Assembly (NCBI GenBank): GCA_020635435.1
Contig: JACJZU010000002.1
Coordinates: 136,771-200,770 of the forward strand
Direction: 5' to 3'
Origin: Flavobacteriales bacterium
Lineage (GTDB): Bacteria; Bacteroidota; Bacteroidia; NS11-12g; UBA9320
Length of the DNA: 64,000 nucleotides
Shown: positions 56,440-64,000 of the stretch, in pieces
Layout: the number at the start of each line of letters is the position of its first letter
Position numbering within the stretch: the first letter of the stretch is position 1
Translations under genes and position numbers: made by a program
The notes under the pieces: model-generated
Seen by the model: the letters and a program-made list of their open reading frames with translations, nothing else
Database searches by the model: none
What the model was told of the DNA's origin: nothing

Positions 56440-57825
56440 CTACAAGTGGATCACTTCTCCGTACGCTGCCGCTGCGGCTTCCATTACAGCCTCCGACATC
56501 GTTGGGTGCGGGTGAACCGTTTTGATGATCTCGTGACCGGTAGTTTCTAGTTTTCGGGCTGCGACCACTTCCGCGATCATCTCCGTAACATTCGCCCCGA
56601 TCATATGAGCACCCAGGAACTCTCCGTATTTCGCATCAAAGATCACCTTCACGAAACCATCCTTGGCCCCCGCCGCACTCGCTTTACCACTCGCCGAAAA
56701 TGGGAACTTGCCCACTTTGATATCATATCCCGCCTCTTTTGCCCCTTTCTCCGTATAACCAACCGACGCGATCTCCGGCGAACAATACGTACAACCCGGA
56801 ATATTGTTGTAATCCAACGGCTCCGGATGGTGGCCGGCGATCTTCTCCACGCAAATGATCCCCTCGGCACTCGCAACGTGCGCCAAAGCCGGACCCTTCA
56901 CAATATCCCCGATCGCATACACCCCACTCACATTCGTCTGGTAGTAATCGTCAACCAATACCTTACCCTTATCTGTTTTCACACCAACAGCCTCCAACCC
57001 AATACTTTCCAGATTGGTTTGAATACCAACCGCGGAGAGCACCACATCACATTCATGCAGCTCCTCACCTTTGGAAGTTTTTATTGTGACCTTACACGTC
57101 TTGCCGCTCGTATCAACTTTTTCAACCGACGAATTGGTCATCACCTGAATGCCTTGTTTCTTGTAACTCTTCTCAAGCGCCTTCGAAACCTCTTCATCCT
57201 CATTCGGAACAATGTTCGGAAGGAATTCCACCAGCTTCACCTCCGTACCCATCGCATTATAGAAATAGGCGAACTCCGATCCAATTGCACCCGAACCAAC
57301 TATGATCATGGATTTAGGTAATTCGGGTAAAACCATCGCCTCGTGATAGCCAATGATCTTTTTGCCATCAATCGGCAGATTGGGCAATTGCCTTTCGCGT
57401 GCACCTGTCGCAAGGATGATATGCTTTGCTTCCAGCGTACTTTTCTTCCCGTCACTATCCACCTCAACTTTGGAACGCGTTAGCAATTTTCCAAATCCCT
57501 GATGAATATCGATCTTGTTCTTCTTCATAAGGAATTGAACACCCTTGCTCATGCCATTCGCCACTTCGCGACTACGCTTCACGATCGCCCCGAAATCGGC
57601 ATCCGCACCTTGAACCTGAATACCATAATCAGCTGCATGCTGAATATATTCAAACACCTGAGCCGATTTCAAAAGGGCCTTTGTAGGTATACATCCCCAG
57701 TTCAAGCAAACCCCTCCGAGCTCACTTTTTTCAACTATGGCTACTTTCATCCCCAGTTGAGATGCCCGTATGGCAGCTACATATCCACCGGGACCACTTC
57801 CGATCACTATCAGGTCGTACGTCAT
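56440..57825 (-). CDS. lpdA: Dihydrolipoyl dehydrogenase
   Basis: FAD-binding motif DLIVIGSGPGGYVAA, redox disulfide GGVCLNWGCIPTK, and the C-terminal HPHPTMSE. Confidence 0.95.
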   Translation of the reverse strand: MTYDLIVIGSGPGGYVAAIRASQLGMKVAIVEKSELGGVCLNWGCIPTKALLKSAQVFEYIQHAADYGIQVQGADADFGAIVKRSREVANGMSKGVQFLMKKNKIDIHQGFGKLLTRSKVEVDSDGKKSTLEAKHIILATGARERQLPNLPIDGKKIIGYHEAMVLPELPKSMIIVGSGAIGSEFAYFYNAMGTEVKLVEFLPNIVPNEDEEVSKALEKSYKKQGIQVMTNSSVEKVDTSGKTCKVTIKTSKGEELHECDVVLSAVGIQTNLESIGLEAVGVKTDKGKVLVDDYYQTNVSGVYAIGDIVKGPALAHVASAEGIICVEKIAGHHPEPLDYNNIPGCTYCSPEIASVGYTEKGAKEAGYDIKVGKFPFSASGKASAAGAKDGFVKVIFDAKYGEFLGAHMIGANVTEMIAEVVAARKLETTGHEIIKTVHPHPTMSEAVMEAAAAAYGEVIHL

Positions 57826-57892
57826 ACTATTGTCTGTGTTTTTTTAGGAGTTGCAAATTAAGCTAATTTCACGCGATTAAAATTGAAGAAGC

Positions 57893-60800
57893 ATGGGATT
57901 GAGAAGGGCATTTCTTCTTTGTTTTGGGTTCATTCCGGTGATGCAGGTCGTTGCTCAACAGGTAGTGAACGTGCAATTGAACAGTGGGCATTTTGCGGTA
58001 CAAGAAGACTTTCAGTACTTTGATCCGGTTTCGAATACAGGCAATTTCCCCACGTATTGCCTGATCGGATTTCGCGAAAGTTCTCCTTCTGCAACGGAAC
58101 AACAGTCGGCTTCCTATAAAATCCTTCAATACATAGCTCCCGGCATATACAATGCCCGCATCGACCGTCCGTTAAGCGATGAGGAGAAACTCGAATTGCG
58201 CTTCTGCTCACCAATTCGACCGTCCTGGAAAAAACACGCATTGCTCGATGAGCTCAGTCCGGATCCGGTGGATTCGACGGTCTTTGTTACAGCATATTTC
58301 CATGAATGGGACGAATCTAAAGATCTGACTCTCCTGAGCAGGATCGGGGCCACTTCCATAGTCCCACAGCAACTTACACTCAGCTATCGCTTCCATTTAC
58401 CGTCCGGATCACTGCCCATACTGCTTAGCTCACCCGAGATCTATTGGTTGGAACCGGCCGAATTCCCTTTAGAACTGAACAATTGGGTGGAGCGCACCAA
58501 TCACCGGGTACCTTGGGTGGATAAAGGCGCAGGCAAATACCAACTTTCCGGAAAAGGAGTTGCGGTAGGAGAGTGGGACGGCACAGCGGCCGATCAGCAT
58601 ATCGACTATCAATTCAGGCATTTTCCGCAGGAGCCCTTTTCGAATAATTCCAACGGACGACATGCCACGCACGTTGCAGGTACCGTACTCGGTGCCGGTA
58701 TAAAAGATCCGGATGCCGAGGGAATGGCACCAGAAGCCATACTTTACAGTTACGATTTTCAGGGTCCAATACCATATGAAATGGACACTTCTTTCCGGAA
58801 ATTCGGGATCGACCTGACCCAGAATTCGTATTCTTATGGATCGAGCAGTGATCGTTGTACAGTTCGCGGAACCTACGACGGAACCAGCTCAGCACTCGAC
58901 GCCTTGACCTACAATTACCGCAAGCTACTACATGTATTCGCCGCGGGGAATTCCAGAAGCAGCAATTGCAAAAGCGGTGGGTACGGAACAGTGCACAGCG
59001 GTTTTCAAGCATCAAAAAATTCGCTGGTTGTTGGAGCGGTTACAAATACTGATGGCAATAGCAGCTTTCACTCCTACGGACCTGTTCGCGACGGACGACT
59101 AAAGCCCGAAGTTTGCGCAGTTGGCGTGAACGTGTACAGCACCTTCCCCGGCAATAATTATCAGGGCGGTTACAGCGGTACCAGCATGGCCTGTCCGGGC
59201 ACCTCCGGTACGGCCGCACTGTTATACGAGTACTATCGAAGAACCTACAAGAGCGATCCGCCAGCCAATCTCATCAAGGGCTTGCTGTGTAACGGTGCGG
59301 ATGAACTTGGCCGCAAAGGACCTGATTATCAATATGGTTACGGCCGCATCAACGCCCGGAGAAGTATTGCCATCCTGGATAGCGGACATTTTCGTTTGCA
59401 GTCGGTTGGTGCATCCTCTGTATTTAGCGACACCATCTTCGTTCCTTCCGGAACGGAAGAATTGAAAGTTTTCCTCTGTTGGGACGACCCAAGTGCCTCG
59501 CCTTCAGCCGCCATATCCCTTGTGAACGATCTGGATCTGGAGTTGTATGATTCAGGCGGTGTGCGTATCCGACCCTGGATACTGAATCCGGTGAATTACA
59601 CAGCAAATGCAGTTCGTGGACGTGATAGTCTGAATAATTCCGAACAGATCACGATCGATCAGCCATCGTCGCCCTATTACGTGGTGCGTGTACGCGGCAC
59701 CCGGATAACGGGAAGTGCACAGCGTTTTTCGCTGAACTGGTTGGCTCAGGAACCGGGCATTACGGTGGTTTATCCAAATGGTGCGGAACGCTGGGAGTCG
59801 CCGTCATCCTCAGCTACCGCTCAAACCATACGCTGGGATTCCTATGGGTTAAGCGGAACTTCGCGCCTTGAATATTCGATCGATAGCGGGAATACATGGA
59901 ATTTGATCGCGAATGGGATCGCATCCAACCGGAACTACCATGTATGGAGCAATGCCCCTTCAAATCTTGCGAGCCATAGAGCACTCATTCGAATCACACA
60001 AGGGGGAAAGCAGGATCAGAGCGACGAAGTGTTCCACATCTTTCGCAAAGGACCTACACCAACCGCTGTTCGTTGCGATGGCCAATTGCATCTCAAATGG
60101 GCCGCTCAGCCTGGTGCGCAACAGTATGCAGTTTATATGCATGATAGTGGCCGCATGAAGCTTCAGGGTATTACCCGAAACCCGTTCTTCACCTTACGCG
60201 GATTGGACAATAGCACCGAATACTGGGTCGCGGTAAGCTCAATTGACGCCAACGGTGCCGAAGGACCCCGGTCCGATGGGGTGCCTTTTACTCCTCGAGC
60301 AGGTTTTATGCCACCCCGAATTGCACAACAACCACAAGATATTCGGATCTGTTCGGGAGTGGATACGAGCTTCCGTGCAGCCGTACTCGGCGATAGCCCG
60401 TTACGCTTGTTCTGGGATCAAAGTACCGATCAGGGTACATCCTGGACCTCGATGGGAGTCAATACAGCCAATTTGGATGTGAAGAAGCCCCGATTGGAGC
60501 AAAATGCCACACTTTTCCGGATCAAGGCCGTGAATGCCTGTGAAGATACGGTGTACAGCCGTTCCGCATTATTGCAGGTCGATTCCGCCATTCGCTTCTC
60601 CTATTCCGATACCCGGATAGCTCTGTGCATTGCACAGGATACCCAGATCCGCCTGCAATTCCAGGCATCGAACGAACCACAGTTCCAGTGGTTCTTCCAA
60701 AAAACGCTCTCGTCCAACCCAAGTTTCCTCAATGGTTTCAAAGATGTGCTGAGCATCCGTCAGGCTAACGAATCCAAAGAAGGCTACTATTTTGCCCAGA

Positions 60801-62545
60801 TCCGCAACGTTTGCGGTACTTATATCGGTCAGCAGATCCCATTTGTGGAAGTTCATCCCCAGTTGCGTGTGGAGGTTGATGCATTGGATACAGTTTGTGT
60901 AGGCCGATCTGTCTCCATGTTCGCTAAAGGCAGCGGGGGCGATTCGTCGCGTTATGCCTTTAGCTGGCGAAATGGTGCCACTTTGGTAAGTGGACGCAGT
61001 TTTATCTACAATCCAGCCAAGGATGATACCTGGACCATAAGCCTCTTCGACAATTGCTCGGCTGATACACAGTTTGCCGTGCGAACCATTCGAATGCGCG
61101 ATACGCTCAAAGTCGATCTCGGACCCAACCGCACGATCTGTTTGGGCGAATCCGTAACCCTGGACGCAAAACCAAGCGGTGGAAGAGCAGAAAGCTACAC
61201 ATTTAGCTGGGGTGATGTTGCAGATCCGGGATCGCAGCGCACAATTTCCCCATCTCAAACAACGAATTACCGCATTATACTGAGCGATGGCTGTACGGTC
61301 GAAGATGCCATCGACGAGATCCTGATAACTGTTCTACCCGCATTACAGGTTCAAATCCAGTCGGAGCGGGATACTCAATGTTTTGGACAAGCTACCCAAC
61401 TACAGGCATTGCTTTCAGGAGGGAGAACGAATACCTATTCTGTCCTTTGGAATGATGGCGATACATCTCAGGTCAGAACAGTGAGTCCGACGAATTCCCT
61501 GGGTTACGGCGTCGTTTTGCGCGACGGCTGCACCGTTGAAGATGCGACGGATTCATTTTATCTGCCGGTTCGTGCGCCACTCGTACTCAATGCGTGGAAC
61601 AGTGATCCCACCATTTGTTACGGAGTTGATACGCTTATCGGCGTAGATTATTCGGGTGGTGATCCGGCAAGAAGGGTATTGCTTTGGTCGGATGGAACTT
61701 CTCGAAGCGACCGTATACGCGTTAAACCGCTTCAGACCACTACTTATACCGTTAGCCTCTCAGATGGCTGCAGTTCACCGGCAGATATGGCACAAATTGA
61801 AGTTGAGGTGCTGGCCCCATTAAAATTGACACTCCAGGATGTTCGCAAATGCGCCGCAGATACCCTCGATGTGCTTCTGAATGCTGAAGGCGGACGCACA
61901 AGCACCTATCGCTTTTTGTTGAACGGCGCTGCGCTGCAGGGCAATTCATTCCGGGCTGGTGAACCGTTAACAGCGAACTACAATGTGCGACTCACGGATG
62001 GCTGTTCCATATTCGACGATAGTTCAAGTATGGACGTTTTTGTGAACCCTTTGGAGCGATCGGCATTTGATCTGGTACGGAGAAATGGGAAAACAGTTCA
62101 GCTCAGTTGCGAAACTTCTCCCAACTCCATAACCTGGTTGCTGGGGGATGGCTACAGCAGCAATGCCAATAGCGACGGGCTGGTTCATACTTACGAGAAT
62201 TACGGTTTGTACCGGATCTGTAGGGTGGAATGGGACGATTTTGGATGTAGCGACACCTTCTGCCAACGGATAAATGTATACGATCCCTTCAGTACCGATA
62301 ATTTTGATCTGCAGGTTTATCCCAACCCGGTTGGTGAAATGCTCTACATCGAAACCGATCGGATAGCCGGCGACCTGCGCATTGAATTCATCGACGCTTC
62401 CGGCAGGACTGTTTGGAACGAAAGCAGAACCAATCTGGAATTCACAAAATTTGCGGTGGATATGAGCTCGTTTGCCAATGGCATGTACCTCCTGCGACTC
62501 TATGCGAACGGGGAGATGCACATTCGGCGTTTTCAAAAGATCTGA
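57893..62545 (+). CDS. 1550-aa S8 (subtilisin-family) serine peptidase, T9SS cargo with FN3-like, SprB-like repeat and PKD-like domains and a type A sorting domain
   Basis: Catalytic triad context GVAVGEWDG / HATHVAGTVLG / GTSMACPGTSGTAALL. Signal peptide MGLRRAFLLCFGFIPVMQVVAQQ. The C-terminus is LQVYPNPVGEMLYI...GMYLLRLYANG. Confidence 0.9.
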   Translation: MGLRRAFLLCFGFIPVMQVVAQQVVNVQLNSGHFAVQEDFQYFDPVSNTGNFPTYCLIGFRESSPSATEQQSASYKILQYIAPGIYNARIDRPLSDEEKLELRFCSPIRPSWKKHALLDELSPDPVDSTVFVTAYFHEWDESKDLTLLSRIGATSIVPQQLTLSYRFHLPSGSLPILLSSPEIYWLEPAEFPLELNNWVERTNHRVPWVDKGAGKYQLSGKGVAVGEWDGTAADQHIDYQFRHFPQEPFSNNSNGRHATHVAGTVLGAGIKDPDAEGMAPEAILYSYDFQGPIPYEMDTSFRKFGIDLTQNSYSYGSSSDRCTVRGTYDGTSSALDALTYNYRKLLHVFAAGNSRSSNCKSGGYGTVHSGFQASKNSLVVGAVTNTDGNSSFHSYGPVRDGRLKPEVCAVGVNVYSTFPGNNYQGGYSGTSMACPGTSGTAALLYEYYRRTYKSDPPANLIKGLLCNGADELGRKGPDYQYGYGRINARRSIAILDSGHFRLQSVGASSVFSDTIFVPSGTEELKVFLCWDDPSASPSAAISLVNDLDLELYDSGGVRIRPWILNPVNYTANAVRGRDSLNNSEQITIDQPSSPYYVVRVRGTRITGSAQRFSLNWLAQEPGITVVYPNGAERWESPSSSATAQTIRWDSYGLSGTSRLEYSIDSGNTWNLIANGIASNRNYHVWSNAPSNLASHRALIRITQGGKQDQSDEVFHIFRKGPTPTAVRCDGQLHLKWAAQPGAQQYAVYMHDSGRMKLQGITRNPFFTLRGLDNSTEYWVAVSSIDANGAEGPRSDGVPFTPRAGFMPPRIAQQPQDIRICSGVDTSFRAAVLGDSPLRLFWDQSTDQGTSWTSMGVNTANLDVKKPRLEQNATLFRIKAVNACEDTVYSRSALLQVDSAIRFSYSDTRIALCIAQDTQIRLQFQASNEPQFQWFFQKTLSSNPSFLNGFKDVLSIRQANESKEGYYFAQIRNVCGTYIGQQIPFVEVHPQLRVEVDALDTVCVGRSVSMFAKGSGGDSSRYAFSWRNGATLVSGRSFIYNPAKDDTWTISLFDNCSADTQFAVRTIRMRDTLKVDLGPNRTICLGESVTLDAKPSGGRAESYTFSWGDVADPGSQRTISPSQTTNYRIILSDGCTVEDAIDEILITVLPALQVQIQSERDTQCFGQATQLQALLSGGRTNTYSVLWNDGDTSQVRTVSPTNSLGYGVVLRDGCTVEDATDSFYLPVRAPLVLNAWNSDPTICYGVDTLIGVDYSGGDPARRVLLWSDGTSRSDRIRVKPLQTTTYTVSLSDGCSSPADMAQIEVEVLAPLKLTLQDVRKCAADTLDVLLNAEGGRTSTYRFLLNGAALQGNSFRAGEPLTANYNVRLTDGCSIFDDSSSMDVFVNPLERSAFDLVRRNGKTVQLSCETSPNSITWLLGDGYSSNANSDGLVHTYENYGLYRICRVEWDDFGCSDTFCQRINVYDPFSTDNFDLQVYPNPVGEMLYIETDRIAGDLRIEFIDASGRTVWNESRTNLEFTKFAVDMSSFANGMYLLRLYANGEMHIRRFQKI
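60848..62045 (+). repeat. Five ~80-aa Cys-containing repeats (C.G....(L/F).A..SGG....Y.F.W ... (L/F).DGC) in the S8 protein
   Basis: Read from the translation (VCVGRSV..SGGDSSRYAFSW; ICLGESV..SGGRAESYTFSW; QCFGQAT..SGGRTNTYSVLW; ICYGVDT..SGGDPARRVLLW; KCAADTL..EGGRTSTYRFLL). Confidence 0.7.
62309..62542 (+). other. Type A T9SS C-terminal sorting domain of the S8 peptidase
   Basis: LQVYPNPVGEMLYIETD...FANGMYLLRLYANGEMHIRRFQKI. Confidence 0.8.
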
Positions 62546-62639
62546 GGAGTCTCATACACATTATACTGCGGATAAAATTGCGCTCCGGGTCGGTGTGCTT
62601 CGCCCATTTTATCTCAAATTTGCGGCAGTTTAGAGGATT

Positions 62640-63914
62640 ATGATACAGATAACTGCACTTCGCGAGCAAACCGAAGAATACATTGCCCGATTGTCCAAAC
62701 GCGGTATCCCGGCCGAACAAATGGTGCACGATATCCTGGACCTGGATCGTACCGTTCGGGAATGCAAGCAGGAAACGGAAAATTTGCAGGCTGAATCCAA
62801 TCGTCTGGCCAAAGAGATCGGTGTTTTATTTCGAGAAGGAAAACGCGATGAGGCCGATGTATTAAAGGCAAGAACTTCTGAACTGAAAGACGCCCTAAAA
62901 GACAAAGAGCAGGAACTTCGCACGGCAGAAGAAGCGCTGGAGCAGGCCATGCTCAATTTGCCGAACGCCCCACATGCCGGTGTGCCCAACGGCAGAAGCG
63001 CAGAAGACAATGAGGTGGTTTATACCTGGGGTACAGCAGCACAATTCGATTTTGAAGCCCAGCCACATTGGGAGCTGGCAAAACGCTTCAACCTGATCGA
63101 TTTTGAACTGGGCGTAAAGATCACAGGTGCCGGCTTCCCGGTTTATACCGGTAAAGGTGCTCGTTTACAGCGCGCACTCATCAATTTTTTCCTGGATGAA
63201 GCCCGCACCGAAGGTTTCATCGAGATCCAACCACCTATTCTGGTGAATGAGGATTCGGGTTATGGAACCGGACAACTGCCCGATAAAGAAGGGCAGATGT
63301 ACCACGCCACAGCCGATAACCTATACCTCATCCCCACGGCCGAAGTACCCATTACCAATATTTATCGCGATGTGATCCTGGATGCGGATGCTCTTCCGAT
63401 CAAAAATGCGGGTTATACGCCCTGTTTCCGTCGTGAGGCAGGGAGTTATGGGAAGGATGTCCGCGGATTGAATCGGCTCCATCAGTTCGATAAAGTGGAG
63501 ATCGTACAGATCGCCCACCCCGATCTTTCGTATGCTGTGTTGGAAGAGATGCAACAATATGTTCAGAGTTTGCTGCAAAAGTTGGGACTCCATTATCGTG
63601 TGCTTAAATTGTGCGCCGGCGATATGGGATTCACAAGTGCACTCACCTACGATATGGAAGTTTATTCAGCCGCTCAGGAGCGCTGGCTCGAAGTGAGTTC
63701 CGTTTCCAATTTTGAGAGCTTCCAGGCAAACCGACTCAAACTGCGCTATCGCGACGAGAACGGCAAGCCTCGACTGGCCCATACCTTGAATGGAAGTGCG
63801 CTGGCTCTGCCGCGTATTGTAGCCGCTTTGCTCGAAAACAACCAAAAAGCCGACGAAATTGTTATGCCTGAAGTACTGGTTCCCTACCTGGGCTTCGACC
63901 GGATCACACTATGA
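62640..63914 (+). CDS. serS: Serine--tRNA ligase
   Basis: N-terminal coiled-coil arm, then class II motifs (YTPCFRREAGSYGKDVRGLNRLHQF, GSALALPRIVAALLEN). Confidence 0.97.
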   Translation: MIQITALREQTEEYIARLSKRGIPAEQMVHDILDLDRTVRECKQETENLQAESNRLAKEIGVLFREGKRDEADVLKARTSELKDALKDKEQELRTAEEALEQAMLNLPNAPHAGVPNGRSAEDNEVVYTWGTAAQFDFEAQPHWELAKRFNLIDFELGVKITGAGFPVYTGKGARLQRALINFFLDEARTEGFIEIQPPILVNEDSGYGTGQLPDKEGQMYHATADNLYLIPTAEVPITNIYRDVILDADALPIKNAGYTPCFRREAGSYGKDVRGLNRLHQFDKVEIVQIAHPDLSYAVLEEMQQYVQSLLQKLGLHYRVLKLCAGDMGFTSALTYDMEVYSAAQERWLEVSSVSNFESFQANRLKLRYRDENGKPRLAHTLNGSALALPRIVAALLENNQKADEIVMPEVLVPYLGFDRITL

Positions 63915-64000
63915 GGATATTGCTCGCGCTCGTTCTGTTAACAACCTTGTCCGGCATGGCCCGTGCACAGTGGGTATTCGAGCCCTGCGTAGATTCTAAC
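63911..64000 (+). CDS. 5' end of a gene for a secreted protein (truncated by the window edge)
   Basis: Its ATG overlaps the serS stop (ATGA). The first 30 codons, MRILLALVLLTTLSGMARAQWVFEPCVDSN, look like a signal peptide. Confidence 0.4.
   Translation, partial: MRILLALVLLTTLSGMARAQWVFEPCVDSN

Noticed and set aside
56136-56525. A 129-aa plus-strand ORF spanning the heptamer array and the 3' end of lpdA
   Set aside because: It translates the tandem repeat (repeated NLCKICV/RVICGAK-like peptides) and then runs antisense into lpdA. It is not a credible gene.

Overview
This is a chromosomal segment from a Bacteroidota genome. The assignment rests on a T9SS/gliding gene set (porV, porU, a PorP/SprF-family gene, gldJ), TAnnTTTG -7 promoter boxes in front of several genes, and T9SS C-terminal sorting domains on two cargo proteins.

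Most of the window is ordinary housekeeping: icmF, a NupC-type nucleoside transporter, pfkA, a sodium:solute symporter, lon, ahcY, pyrE, coaD, rsmD, lpdA and serS.

Three parts stand out:
1. Positions 146-958 hold a Y1 (RAYT/IS200-like) transposase gene with six copies of one palindrome family, GACGTTGC-NN-GCAACGTC. One copy, with a 14-bp stem, sits in frame inside the transposase ORF. Two others contain the stop codons of the convergent transposase and icmF genes.
2. Positions 29950-56022 are a 26-kb block of cell-surface genes.
   - The first gene encodes 4379 aa: five beta-helix modules, eight CARDB-type domains, PPC and IPT domains, a signal peptide, and no recognisable T9SS sorting domain.
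   - Eight nt downstream starts a 3102-aa gene: an M4 (thermolysin-type) peptidase, 24 SprB-type 75-aa repeats and a type A T9SS sorting domain. A 675-bp three-repeat block inside it is triplicated.
   - After a terminator comes a tightly overlapped trio: a small barrel-like protein, an M48 metallopeptidase and another small barrel-like protein.
3. Positions 56034-56366 are a 99-109-bp tandem array built almost entirely from the heptamer ATCTGTG/CACAGAT in both orientations.

A 1550-aa S8 peptidase (57893-62545) repeats the layout of protease, SprB-like repeats and sorting domain. I found no rRNA, tRNA or CRISPR array, and no recognisable prophage or defence genes. All domain calls come from reading the translations and motifs by eye, not from database searches.
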